From the NCBI GenBank assembly GCA_963790205.1, contig CAWBNQ010000003.1:768001-832000 (forward strand): a stretch of DNA of 64,000 nt, written 5' to 3'. Within the stretch, counting starts at the first letter, position 1. Each line of letters opens with the position of its first letter. Source of the DNA: Nitrospirota bacterium (GTDB taxonomy: Bacteria; Nitrospirota; UBA9217). Positions 29,456-40,627 of the stretch are shown here, one piece after another. A program made the position numbers and the translations under genes. The notes beneath the pieces were generated by a model. That model was given only the letters and a program-made list of their open reading frames with translations. It ran no database searches and had not been told where the DNA came from.

Positions 29456-29508
29456 ATTAATATGTACGAACTATCAATGAGAATGCCATGTATTGGGGGT
29501 GAGCTATT

Positions 29509-30150
29509 GTGAGTGCTATCCGCATAATGATCGCTGATAATGATACCGGACAGGTGGAGACCTTGAGAGCGGCGCTCGATCACGGGGATTTTGAGATATT
29601 GTCGGTTGTCTCGGCGCGGGAAACCGCGATCAAGCAGCTGTCTATCGAGCCCGATATCATTCTCCTGAACCCCGAGATCCTGAAACAGCGCACGCTCTCG
29701 CGTTTCATACACTCGGTGCAGAGCAAGTCTCCTTCTACCCGCGTCGTCTGCGTGCTGAAGGACGCTCCGTCCGAAGAAAACGCCATTGCCGATATCAAGG
29801 CCGGCATCAGGGGTTTCATCAAGACCACGGACCAGGCTACAAACATTGCCAAGGCCCTCCGGTCGGTGTACGGCGGTGAAATATGGGCAGAGCGCAGGAT
29901 TCTGGAGAAGGCCATTGCCAACCCCATGCTTCTGCCGGAGACGCTGCAGGCCCACGTGCCGGGCTTGCCGCCGCTGACCAACAGGGAAATGGAAATGCTT
30001 ACCCTGGTTCTGCAAGGCGCTACCAACAGAGAAATCGCCGACCGGAGCAAAATAAGCGAGAGGACGGTGAAAACTCATTTGTACCGGGTCTATCGGAAGC
30101 TCAGGGTCAAGAGCAGGACCAAGGCAATAGCTTTGCTGTCTCATGCATAA
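29509..30150 (+). CDS. NarL/LuxR-family regulator with atypical receiver domain
   Basis: LTNREMEML...GATNREIA...ISERTVKTH HTH; receiver fold with Asn at the usual phospho-Asp position. Confidence 0.9.
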   Translation: MSAIRIMIADNDTGQVETLRAALDHGDFEILSVVSARETAIKQLSIEPDIILLNPEILKQRTLSRFIHSVQSKSPSTRVVCVLKDAPSEENAIADIKAGIRGFIKTTDQATNIAKALRSVYGGEIWAERRILEKAIANPMLLPETLQAHVPGLPPLTNREMEMLTLVLQGATNREIADRSKISERTVKTHLYRVYRKLRVKSRTKAIALLSHA

Positions 30151-30184
30151 ATTTGCAGTTCCATAAAATACGACTTTGGGGCCA

Positions 30185-30212
30185 TTGACACCGGATGATT
30201 AACTGCTATGTT
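30185..30212 (+). promoter_or_regulatory. sigma70-type promoter for a non-coding transcript
   Basis: TTGACA-16bp-TATGTT with TG extension. Confidence 0.55.
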
Positions 30213-30217
30213 TAAAA

Positions 30218-30400
30218 CAACGACTGTGCTGTTGGAAGGCTTTGATCGGGCTTGAGGCTGGCGCAACGGCGGCTGACTTTACCCCCCCTATGAGCAGAGT
30301 GGATGCCGCGCTTGAGTCTCCCAACGAGATGCCGAAAGGCCGAACGAGCCGTGGTAAAAACATCAGTGCGCGTGCCAACAGAGTACAACAGTACAGCCAT
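30218..30400 (+). ncRNA. Candidate structured small RNA, family unidentified
   Basis: Own promoter and terminator; 11-bp closing stem 30224-30234/30386-30396; several nested helices; no RBS-led ORF. Confidence 0.6.
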
Positions 30401-30401
30401 T

Positions 30402-30436
30402 AAGGCGTCCCGACGAGTCGGGGCGCCTTGTTTTTT
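30402..30436 (+). terminator. Intrinsic terminator
   Basis: AAGGCGTCCCGA-CGAG-TCGGGGCGCCTT followed by a T-run. Confidence 0.85.
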
Positions 30437-30503
30437 CTTCCTCTGATGAAAGACGCCGCGGTTGGTTCTTGACGCGGACATGGAATGACGGTAGGGTATC
30501 TTT

Positions 30504-31772
30504 ATGACCGCAGCGCTCATTGTTCTTTACCTGCTTGTTGCCGGGGCCGGTTATTGGCTTAAATATCTCAATCTCACCTATTTAAAAACGCACGGCAAGA
30601 CAGTACCGTCTGAATTCGAGGGGACCGTCGACCCTGCGCTCCTGCAAAAAATAACCGCTTACACCTTCGAAAACAGCCGCACCGGTATCGTAGAATCAAT
30701 CATCGGCAATGTGCTCCTTCTTTTTTTCCTCTTCGGAGGCCTGCTCGGCGCCTATGACCGCTGGATCGCTTCCCTTTCCGGCTCTTTTATCACGGCCGGA
30801 GCGCTTTTTGTCCTCATCCTTCTTGCGGCGGAAACGCTTATCGACATTCCCTTCGGCCTCTACCGGAATTTCAGGATCGAGAACCGGTACGGGTTCAATG
30901 CCATGACCGTGAAGCTCTGGTCCACCGATCTGGTAAAAGCAGTCGCAATTTCCGCCGTCCTGGGAACGCTGGTCACGGCAGCGGCATTGTCCATCGTACA
31001 GGCAACCCCTGCCTGGTGGTGGCTCTGGGTATGGGCCTTCCTGCTGGTCTTCGGCATTTTCATGATGTATATATCTCCGTATGTGATCGAGCCGCTCTTT
31101 TTTAAGTTCGAACCGGTCAAATCCGAGGGATTGGAAAGGGATATCCGGCAGCTCATGGAACGCGCCGGACTCAAGGTGAGCCGCGTGTTCCAGGTCGACG
31201 CTTCCCGGCGGAGCCGCCACTCCAATGCCTATTTTACCGGAATAGGCCGGGTAAAGCGCATTGTGCTTTTCGACACGCTGATCGAACAGATGACGGAGAA
31301 CGAGCTTCTCGCGGTCCTTGCCCACGAAGTGGGTCATTGGAAGAAGCGGCACGTGCTCAAGCGCATGGTCCTTACCGAGGCGTCCGCCTTTCTCGGGCTG
31401 CTCGTTGCCTACTGCCTGCTCGGATGGGCCGGGCTGCCGCATATGATCGGCCTGGAGGACGCTTCATTCTATGCGCGGATCGTCATTGTGGGGTTCCTCG
31501 GTTCCCTTGCGCTATTTCCGATCACACCGCTCTTTAGTTATCTCTCAAGAAAAGACGAACGCGAGGCCGATCGCTTTGCGGCTGAGCTTACCGGCCGTCC
31601 CGAGGCCATGGCCTCGGCGCTTGTCAAGCTTTCACGGGAGAACCTCTCCAATCTTCATCCGCATCCGCTGTATGCGAAATTCTATTATTCCCACCCTCCG
31701 GTCGTTGAGAGGATAAGAAACCTGAAAAAGGCCGGCGAAGGTAACCAGCAGGCAGAAGGCAGTAAACAGTAA
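30504..31772 (+). CDS. M48 (Ste24-like) membrane zinc metallopeptidase
   Basis: SNAYFTG, LFDTL, AHEVGH, EREAD, YSHPP. Confidence 0.92.
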   Translation: MTAALIVLYLLVAGAGYWLKYLNLTYLKTHGKTVPSEFEGTVDPALLQKITAYTFENSRTGIVESIIGNVLLLFFLFGGLLGAYDRWIASLSGSFITAGALFVLILLAAETLIDIPFGLYRNFRIENRYGFNAMTVKLWSTDLVKAVAISAVLGTLVTAAALSIVQATPAWWWLWVWAFLLVFGIFMMYISPYVIEPLFFKFEPVKSEGLERDIRQLMERAGLKVSRVFQVDASRRSRHSNAYFTGIGRVKRIVLFDTLIEQMTENELLAVLAHEVGHWKKRHVLKRMVLTEASAFLGLLVAYCLLGWAGLPHMIGLEDASFYARIVIVGFLGSLALFPITPLFSYLSRKDEREADRFAAELTGRPEAMASALVKLSRENLSNLHPHPLYAKFYYSHPPVVERIRNLKKAGEGNQQAEGSKQ

Positions 31773-31900
31773 CCAGTAAACGATAAGCAGTAGACAGCAA
31801 ACGGGGGGCAGATGCGCACCTGTTCTCAAATTACCTCCGTTTTACTGCCTTCCGCTTTTTCGATTGACCGGTATCCGCCTGTTATGTTATTGTTTCCGAT

Positions 31901-32594
31901 ATGAGAAAGGCTTCCGAAATCCCGCGCCTTGAACAGAAGATCAAGCGCCTGTCCACGCTCATCGACGTCAACGCCCTCATCAGCTCCTCGCTCAATCTCG
32001 ACCAGATCCTTGAGAACGTCATGACCATTTCCAAAGAGGTGATGAACGCCGACGCGTCAAGCCTCATGCTTATCGACGAAAGGACGAACGAGCTGGTGTA
32101 CGAAGTCGCGCTCGGCACGGTGGGCGCGAAGCTCAAGCAGGAATTCCGGGTCCAGATGGGGCAGGGCATTGCCGGGACCGTGGCGCAGGAAGGGAAGCCG
32201 CTTCCGATCGAGGACGTGTATGCCCTCCCAAATTCTACCGCGGCCACGACGAGGCCACGGGCTATCGCACCAAATCCATGATCGCCGTTCCGCTCAAGGT
32301 CGGCGAACGCATCACCGGCGTGGCCCAGGTGATCAACCGGCCCGATAACAAACCCTTCGATGCCGATGATCTCGAGCTTTTTATCGCGTTGTGCAGCATG
32401 GCGGCCATCGCCATCGGGAATGCGGATTCGTGCTCGCCATCATCATGTTTGACACCGTTGTCGAGATCGGGGCCCAGTCGCTGCCGCTCGCATCGACGCC
32501 GCGATGGAAAGCTTCAAAGACATGGCGAAGAACCTGAAGGAGACCACAGACGATGTGAAGGCCCCATCCGTGGAAGCTGATCAGGAAACCTTAG
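31901..32594 (+). pseudogene. Degenerate GAF-domain gene fused to fragments resembling MlaE/MlaD-type genes
   Basis: GAF motifs (GQGIAG, TKSMIAVPL, VINR) broken by a frameshift near 32225; the domain stops abruptly, then unrelated fragments end HPWKLIRKP*. Confidence 0.6.
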
Positions 32595-32693
32595 CAGGGC
32601 GGGAATTTGAGAAACTGAGAAGTTGAGAAGATTGGAGGGAGTATCTTCCCGTCTTCTTATCTTCCTAACTTCTATTAACATACGGGAGCATAA

Positions 32694-33941
32694 ATGAGCA
32701 TTCAGGCAATCAAAGGCGTGAAGGACATTCTCCCCGGAGATATGGCCGCATGGCACTATCTTGAGGACACGGCGCGGAGGCTTTTCGAAGACTACGGTTT
32801 TGCCGAGGTCCGCGTCCCCATATTCGAATACACCGAGCTCTTTGCCCGCAGCATCGGCGCGTCAACGGACATCGTGGAAAAGGAGATGTATACCTTCGAG
32901 GACCGCGACGGTAAAAAGATCACCCTCAGGCCCGAAGGGACCGCGGGTGTGGTGCGCGCGTTTGTCGAGCACAAGATGTACGTCGACAGCCAGCTTACTA
33001 AACTGTATTACCTGGGCCCCATGTTCCGGCACGAGCGGCCCCAGAAAGGGCGGTACCGCCAGTTCTACCAGGTCGGCGTGGAAGCCCTCGGCCTGGACCA
33101 CCCCCATGTGGACATAGATATCCTGGTCATGCTGCATGGTCTCTTTACGAGACTCGGCATCAAAGGCCTCAGCCTTCAGATCAACTCCTTGGGCGACGCC
33201 GCGTGCCGGGGAGCGTATCGCGACGCGCTTAAGAACTATCTGCACGCAAAGCTTCCGACGCTTTGCGCGGACTGCCAGCGCAGGTACGAGGCCAACCCGC
33301 TCCGCGTACTGGACTGCAAGGTCGACGCGGACAAGTTTGGCGACTCGCCGGTCATGCTCGATTATCTCTGCGATCCCTGCAAGCTCCATTTTCAGACGGT
33401 TGAAGCGGGATTGACCAGGCTCGGCGTGCCTTTTGAAGTGAATCCCCGGCTGGTGCGGGGCCTCGATTATTATACGCGAACCACGTTCGAACTGGTGATG
33501 GGGCACATGGGCGCTCAGAACACGGTTGCCGCGGGCGGCAGGTACGACGGGCTGGTCAAGGAGATCGGGGGGCCGGCGACCCCGGGGATCGGTTTCGCGC
33601 TCGGCGTTGAGCGGGCTGTGTCACTCATGGACACGTCGTCCCTTCAGCCTGGCCGGCCGCATCTATTCATTTCAGCGCTCGGCGAAACGGCGGTGAACTT
33701 TGTACTTCCCCTGATCCATGGCCTCAGAACGTCAGGAATACGAGTGGAGACAGATTACACGGGAGCGAGCCTCAAGAGCCAGATGAAGAAGGCAGACAAG
33801 TCGGGCGCGGGCCATACGCTTATTATCGGCGAACAGGAACTGAAGGATGAAAAAGCCGTTCTCCGCAATATGCAGACCAAGGAGCAGGTTGATGTATCTC
33901 TCGCCAATATCGTCGATGAGTTGAAGACGAAACTGAGTTAA
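32694..33941 (+). CDS. hisS: Histidyl-tRNA synthetase
   Basis: LRPEGTA, FRHERPQKGRYRQF, LVRGLDYY, GGRYDGL. Confidence 0.98.
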   Translation: MSIQAIKGVKDILPGDMAAWHYLEDTARRLFEDYGFAEVRVPIFEYTELFARSIGASTDIVEKEMYTFEDRDGKKITLRPEGTAGVVRAFVEHKMYVDSQLTKLYYLGPMFRHERPQKGRYRQFYQVGVEALGLDHPHVDIDILVMLHGLFTRLGIKGLSLQINSLGDAACRGAYRDALKNYLHAKLPTLCADCQRRYEANPLRVLDCKVDADKFGDSPVMLDYLCDPCKLHFQTVEAGLTRLGVPFEVNPRLVRGLDYYTRTTFELVMGHMGAQNTVAAGGRYDGLVKEIGGPATPGIGFALGVERAVSLMDTSSLQPGRPHLFISALGETAVNFVLPLIHGLRTSGIRVETDYTGASLKSQMKKADKSGAGHTLIIGEQELKDEKAVLRNMQTKEQVDVSLANIVDELKTKLS

Positions 33942-34028
33942 GCCTTCATTGGTTCCGCTGCCGTCAAGTCCCTCAACCCGATTATCGCTCTGCGGCCTCT
34001 GCGGTAACTGTAAAGCAAGGAGCTTTCA

Positions 34029-34508
34029 TTGAAAGTCGGCGTCATTTCCGATACCCACATCCCGGCCATAGCGTCGTCGCTTCCTCCGGCAGTGTTCGAA
34101 ATATTCAAAGGCGTCGATCTTATTCTTCACGCCGGCGACATCGTCGAGCTCTCGGTGCTCGATGAACTCAGCGCCATTGCTCCCGTGGAAGCCGTTGCCG
34201 GCAACATGGACGGCTCCGAGGTCCATTTGAAGCTTCCCTCGAAAAAGGTCATCCCCATCAACCGCTACTCCGTCGGACTAATCCACGGAAAATTCAAGAT
34301 CGACATTCAGAAGGAAATGATCCTGAAGGAGTTCGAGCGCGTCGATCTGATCGTCTACGGGCATTCACACACGCCGTTCTGGGGAAAGGTGGGAAGCGTC
34401 TACTTTTTGAACCCGGGAAGCCCGACCGATAAACGGCACGCGCCGTACAATTCAGTCGCTCTGCTGCACGTCGGGGATGAACTGAAGGCCGAGATCATCA
34501 GGATTTGA
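34029..34508 (+). CDS. Metallophosphoesterase (YfcE/MJ0936-like)
   Basis: SDTH, HAGD, GNMD, GHSH, NPGS. Confidence 0.92.
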   Translation: MKVGVISDTHIPAIASSLPPAVFEIFKGVDLILHAGDIVELSVLDELSAIAPVEAVAGNMDGSEVHLKLPSKKVIPINRYSVGLIHGKFKIDIQKEMILKEFERVDLIVYGHSHTPFWGKVGSVYFLNPGSPTDKRHAPYNSVALLHVGDELKAEIIRI

Positions 34509-34594
34509 AATAATAGATTATCTCCAATATGTGTGGGGTGAACGGCCAAAGAATTAAGGATCATGAACATAAGAAACCCTTTCGGGAAGCCCAA

Positions 34595-34800
34595 GATCCT
34601 TTTTCTTTTTCTGCACCGCCGCTCACAGCTCCGCGCAAACATGACAGTATGTCTTCTCTTTTACCAGTTAATACGGCAATCCATGAGCGCTTACGCTGCG
34701 CACGCGCAGGCATGATCTGTGATTCACCGGCCCTATTCCGGTCATGTAACGCGCGTACCTGTTCACGAGATGCAGGGGCCTCTGGAAAAGCAAAAGACAA
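34595..34800 (+). repeat. Dispersed repeat family A, long copy
   Basis: Colinear similarity to 42687-42900, including CTGCACCGCCGCTCACAGCTCCGCGCA and CCATGAGCGCTTACGCTGCGCACGCGCA. Confidence 0.9.
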
Positions 34801-34914
34801 AAGTTTCCACCTTTTTCCTATCTGCAAAGTTTTTTAAGACACGAAGATACTCTTTCCGTTCATTTTTGTTTTAAAGTTGCAAAGGCGGACCGTTTATGAT
34901 ATTTTTGAACGAAC

Positions 34915-36345
34915 ATGGCGAATGAAAAAATAAAGTTCGGCACCTCGGGCTGGCGAGGCGTGATCGCCGACGATTTTACCTTTGCCCGGGTGCGCGCGGC
35001 CACCCAGGCCATTGCGGACCACCTTGGGGCAGAGGGGCTGAAGGACAAGGGCGTTGTCGTGGGATACGACACCCGGTTCCTGTCCGAACGCTTCGCAGCC
35101 GAGGCGGTCAAGGTCCTTGCCGCGAACGGCGTACGCTCTTTTCTTTCGAACCGGGACGTTCCCACGCCGGCGGTCGCTTTCGACATCATCCGCAGAAAGG
35201 CCGCGGGTGGGATCAACTTCACCGCCAGCCACAACCCGCCTGAATACAACGGTCTCAAGTTCTCACCGGCCTGGGGCGGCCCCGCCCTGCCGGAAACCAC
35301 CAAAGATATAGAAGCGCGGGCCAATGCGCTTATCGAAAAAAATACCATCCCCGTCATGCCCATTGCTGACGCGAAACAGAAAGGCCTTGTGGAAGACGTT
35401 GATCTTCGCAAGGCATACCTCGACGACCTGAGAAAGAAGATCGATTTCGAGCCCATCAAAAAAGCAAAACTGAAACTGGCGATCGACCTCCTGTACGGGA
35501 CGGGGAGGGACTATCTTGACAGCGCGCTCAGGGACGCGGGCTGCGCAATCACCGCGGTGCACGGCCATCGCGATGTCCTGTTCGGCGGCCGCGCTCCCGA
35601 GCCGTCGGAGGAAAATCTTGCCGAGCTGTCCGCGCTCATGAAGAAGGGCCGCTTCGACCTCGGCCTGGCGGTCGACGGCGATGCCGACCGCTTCGGGGTC
35701 ATGGACCACGACGGGACGTATATCAATTCCAACCAGGTCCTTGCCCTGGTGCTGGATTACCTCTGCCGCACCCGGGGCTGGAAGGGCGGCGCCGCGCGCT
35801 CCATTGCCACGTCGCACCTCGTAGACGCCGTGGCGAAGAAACACGGCATCGAAGTCTACGAAACAGGCGTTGGCTTCAAGTTCATCGGCGACCTGCTCGT
35901 GCAGGGTAAGATCATTTTCGGCGGCGAGGAAAGCGCGGGCATGACCATCAAAGACCATGTGCCGGAAAAAGACGGCATCCTTGCCTGCCTCCTGGTCGCT
36001 GAGATGGTATCGAGCGAGAGAAAATCCATTAAGGACCTGCTCAAGCGGCTCTATAAAGAAGTAGGGACCATCCTGAACGACCGGATCAACATCCGCCTCA
36101 CGGAAGCGAACCGCAAAGCGGTAGGAGAGCGGCTCAGCCAGCCCGTAAGCGAGCTCGGGGGCCTGCGGGTCAAGGGCAAGAAGACCACGGCCGACGGCAC
36201 CAAGTATATGCTCGAGGACGACAGCTGGGTGCTCATGCGCGCCTCGGGTACCGAGCCGGTGGTCCGCGTTTACGTCGAAGCCGGGTCCGAGGAGAAGATC
36301 AAGGAGCTCATCGAGGCGGGCAGGAAGTTCATTCTGGGACAGTGA
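34915..36345 (+). CDS. Phosphoglucomutase/phosphomannomutase family protein
   Basis: FGTSGWRG, TASHNP, DGDADR, GGEES, RASGTEP. Confidence 0.95.
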   Translation: MANEKIKFGTSGWRGVIADDFTFARVRAATQAIADHLGAEGLKDKGVVVGYDTRFLSERFAAEAVKVLAANGVRSFLSNRDVPTPAVAFDIIRRKAAGGINFTASHNPPEYNGLKFSPAWGGPALPETTKDIEARANALIEKNTIPVMPIADAKQKGLVEDVDLRKAYLDDLRKKIDFEPIKKAKLKLAIDLLYGTGRDYLDSALRDAGCAITAVHGHRDVLFGGRAPEPSEENLAELSALMKKGRFDLGLAVDGDADRFGVMDHDGTYINSNQVLALVLDYLCRTRGWKGGAARSIATSHLVDAVAKKHGIEVYETGVGFKFIGDLLVQGKIIFGGEESAGMTIKDHVPEKDGILACLLVAEMVSSERKSIKDLLKRLYKEVGTILNDRINIRLTEANRKAVGERLSQPVSELGGLRVKGKKTTADGTKYMLEDDSWVLMRASGTEPVVRVYVEAGSEEKIKELIEAGRKFILGQ

Positions 36346-36430
36346 GAAAAAACGAAGTTGGGAAGATGCGAAGTTGGGAAGATACTTCATAACTTCTTAG
36401 CCTCCCATCTTCCTAATCTTCGAATTATAA

Positions 36431-37729
<1,299 letters not shown>

Positions 37730-37737
37730 TGACCGGG

Positions 37738-37772
37738 AGCCGGAGATCGAAATGAGCTCCGGCATTTTTTTT
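37738..37772 (+). terminator. Probable intrinsic terminator after eno
   Basis: GCCGGAG...CTCCGGC followed by a T-run. Confidence 0.65.
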
Positions 37773-37973
37773 GAAATAGAACAGTCATGTTTTCAAGATG
37801 TAAAAAGATTCCTCGCGTTGCGGTACAATGGCCATTCTTTGCAACACTTAAGGTTTCAATCCGAAGTCAACTGCTTCTACTCATACAATGCCCATTTGAA
37901 GAGACTCACGGTGTTGCACATGTTGAAACCTCATCAGCTACCCAGAGGGGATGGGCAGGGAGAATAACAGACG

Positions 37974-38327
37974 GTGATTAAGTTCTCTTTATCATCAAAA
38001 TCAGAGCTGGACGTAGTCGTCATGATGCCGAGAGGCTACCTCACAGACACCGGCGCGCATCAGATAGAAAAAGCCAGTGAAGAGTTTCTCGACAGAGGTT
38101 TTAAAAAATTCATCATAAATTTTTCCAACGTCGAACTGATAAATACCCAGGGGATCTCGGTCTTCCAGAGTATCTTACAGAAGACATCCGAAAGCGGCTG
38201 CCGTGTTTGTTTCACGAATATAAACAAACTCCACCATGAAATTTTCGAGCTGACCGGCCTCATGAAACGGGTAGCTGTGTTTCAGGATGAAGATGACGCC
38301 ATGATATTTTTAAAAAGAACGTTTTGA
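37974..38327 (+). CDS. STAS-domain anti-sigma-factor antagonist
   Basis: IINFSNVELINTQGI, EIFELTGL; AT-rich. Confidence 0.8.
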   Translation: MIKFSLSSKSELDVVVMMPRGYLTDTGAHQIEKASEEFLDRGFKKFIINFSNVELINTQGISVFQSILQKTSESGCRVCFTNINKLHHEIFELTGLMKRVAVFQDEDDAMIFLKRTF

Positions 38328-38470
38328 TTCCTGAACGATACAGCGCGTCTCTTACGAGAGCATCAAAATTGAAAAAAGGAACAGAGCGTGGAAAAATAAT
38401 ATTAATTCCGCCTCTCAGCAGGACGACATTGGGAAATAATGTCCTGAGGTGTTAGTGAAGACAAAAAATA

Positions 38471-38504
38471 AAAAAGCCGCTGAAGGTTATTTTCAGCGGC
38501 TTTT
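38471..38504. terminator. Bidirectional intrinsic terminator
   Basis: AAAAGCCGCTGAA-loop-TTCAGCGGCTTTT between convergent genes. Confidence 0.85.
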
Positions 38505-38546
38505 GGTCATTTTATAGTCGGTGGCAGTGGTTTGTCTGCCCGACGT

Positions 38547-39035
38547 TCAGTTGGCCAATCCGATCTGCCGCATGAACGCGCCGCTGTCCCAGAACAGCCA
38601 CTCGTGGTCCATGACGTCGCCCTTCCAGTGGCCGATCGTCGTCATGGTAAGCTTGAATGCTTTGCCCGTGGGCGGGATCGTTTTGCCGTCCCCCGTCGGC
38701 ATGGGGTTTGAGAATGTTCCGGTCATCACCCCCGTTACGCAGGTCCATTCGTCCGTTCCGAACCTGACGGGATGGACCTTTATCTTGGTGTCGGGCGCAT
38801 AGACGAACATGGCCTTGAGGTCTTCGATGTGTTTCGCGATGCCTTTTGTCTCCCGTCCGTCGGGCCAGGTCACCACGATGCCGTCAGCGTGGCTTTCCGA
38901 CAGCCTGTTCCAGTCCTGGTTGCTGAACACGTCGAAGTCCAGCTCATCGAAGGTCTTCAGGTGCTCCTCGACCACATTTATTGTCCGTTTTTTCAACGCA
39001 ACTACATTCGCAGCTCTTTTCATTTTCATCACCAT
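38547..39035 (-). CDS. SnoaL-like ester cyclase family protein
   Basis: VTWPDG...GTF...IPPTGKAF...EWLFWD...MRQIG. Confidence 0.85.
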   Translation of the reverse strand: MVMKMKRAANVVALKKRTINVVEEHLKTFDELDFDVFSNQDWNRLSESHADGIVVTWPDGRETKGIAKHIEDLKAMFVYAPDTKIKVHPVRFGTDEWTCVTGVMTGTFSNPMPTGDGKTIPPTGKAFKLTMTTIGHWKGDVMDHEWLFWDSGAFMRQIGLAN

Positions 39036-39231
39036 CCTTTATTTCGAAAACCTGCTCACACTTAAATTATAGCGCACTTACCGCATCTCGCCTTGTGCCT
39101 CTGCACTCCTTAGTATTACAGATATAAAAGGTATTATTTATCTCAGTGGAGTTGAAGGTCTCCTGGAGAAGTTGTTTCCTACGTTGCTTTCCGCTTGCCC
39201 CTTTTCCCGAAATCCGGTATCTTTGTATCAT

Positions 39232-39951
39232 ATGAAAAAGAAAATTATTATTTGCATCACCCTCGCGCTTGTTCTGATCATCGCCGGCACCGTGGGGTAC
39301 GTTCTCACGAACCTCGACTCTATCGTGAAGACTGCCATCGAGAAGTACGGTTCCCAGGCGATGAAAACGGCCGTCCGCGTGTCTTCCGTGAAGATAAAGC
39401 TCAAGAACGGAGAGGGCGCCATCCTTGGATTGAAGGTGGCCAATCCTCCCGGTTTCTCTTCTCCCTCCATCATCACGCTTGACGACATATCAGCCCGGAT
39501 CGAGGTGAACTCCGTCACGAGCACTCCGATTGTGATCGACACTATCCTGATCTCCGGTCCTGAGGTGTTCTATGAAATGAAGGAAGACGGAACAACGAAT
39601 GTGGACGTCCTGAAGAAGAACCTCGCACCTTCCGGTCCTTCCGCGGAAGAGCAGCCGCAAAAAAGCCCCAAGGGGAAAGAGATCAGGCTGCGGATCGGAA
39701 AGCTGGTTTTCGAGAAGGGGATGGTCCACGTGCGCGTTGCAAAACTGGCGGACAAGCCGTATACCGTCGAGCTGCCCCGCCTGGAGCTGACCGATATCGG
39801 CAAGCGCGGCGGCGCCACTCCCGCGGAGATCGCGCGCATAACGGCCGCCGCTCTGGCTGAAGAGACTGCAAAGGCCGTTGCCAGGACCCAGGGCGAGCGG
39901 CTGCTCCGCAAGGGCGCCGAAGGCCTTCTCAACAAGTACCTCAACAAGTGA
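39232..39951 (+). CDS. AsmA/DUF748-like membrane-anchored protein
   Basis: N-terminal TM anchor; VANPPGF motif; beta-rich. Confidence 0.65.
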   Translation: MKKKIIICITLALVLIIAGTVGYVLTNLDSIVKTAIEKYGSQAMKTAVRVSSVKIKLKNGEGAILGLKVANPPGFSSPSIITLDDISARIEVNSVTSTPIVIDTILISGPEVFYEMKEDGTTNVDVLKKNLAPSGPSAEEQPQKSPKGKEIRLRIGKLVFEKGMVHVRVAKLADKPYTVELPRLELTDIGKRGGATPAEIARITAAALAEETAKAVARTQGERLLRKGAEGLLNKYLNK

Positions 39952-40173
39952 GCAAATCCTGTCCGTCCCCCCGTCAGTCTTAACCCACCCTGAACTTTGA
40001 ACGCATAACCCAATAGAGCCAGGTCTTGAAATATCAGTTCCGTAAGCAAAGCGTAATAGGCGCCGTTGTTTCTAATCGTAATTTCCTTAAGGCGACTTTG
40101 TTAGGCGGTTCAGCGGCAGGCAGCGATAGGGGATGGATACTATCGGGGGCAGATTGATCAAGTCTTAATGCCG

Positions 40174-40437
40174 TTATTTTTTGATTCTGGACTCAAGCAG
40201 CGATACGCGTTTGGCCAGAGCGTCAAATTCATCGTAATCGACTTTTTTCTTCAGAGCACCCTTGAGGAATTGAACATCAGTCTTTATTATCTGGATATCT
40301 TCCATCATGGAGCCGAACTGCTCGCCGATGATTTGGATTTTTGAGTCGAGATCCTCTTTGAAGATGCCGACTATGTGCTGAAAATCGTTTCTTTGTTCGG
40401 TAAGTATTTCTTTCAATTTGCCTTCGGTGATGTCCAT
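40174..40437 (-). CDS. Small coiled-coil hypothetical protein
   Basis: GGAG RBS; heptad pattern ending KRVSLLE. Confidence 0.65.
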   Translation of the reverse strand: MDITEGKLKEILTEQRNDFQHIVGIFKEDLDSKIQIIGEQFGSMMEDIQIIKTDVQFLKGALKKKVDYDEFDALAKRVSLLESRIKK

Positions 40438-40568
40438 CGTGGTTTAGTCTCCTGTTCTTAACACCGGATGGGGTAAATCAATTTTAGGCATTTAAACTTG
40501 TTCTGTCAAGCCTAGAATAATTATTTTCCATCGAACCGGAGCATGTAAGAAAACTATAGGATCGAGTA

Positions 40569-40608
40569 GAAAAAAGAAAAGAGGTCATCGATGAGACGAC
40601 CCCTTTTC
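40569..40608 (-). terminator. Probable terminator of typA
   Basis: GAAAAGAGGTC/GACCCCTTTTC stem with A-run on the + strand. Confidence 0.6.
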
Positions 40609-40627
40609 TAAGTTCATTACTGTTGGC

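Noticed and set aside
30290..30403. 37-aa ORF (MSRVDAALE...) inside the RNA candidate
   Set aside because: Preceded by a C-run rather than an RBS, and the region is better explained by extensive base pairing; not fully excluded
34529..34837. ORFs over repeat family A (also 42628-42894 and 3255-3437)
   Set aside because: Their similarity comes from the shared DNA repeat; starts and stops are not conserved between copies
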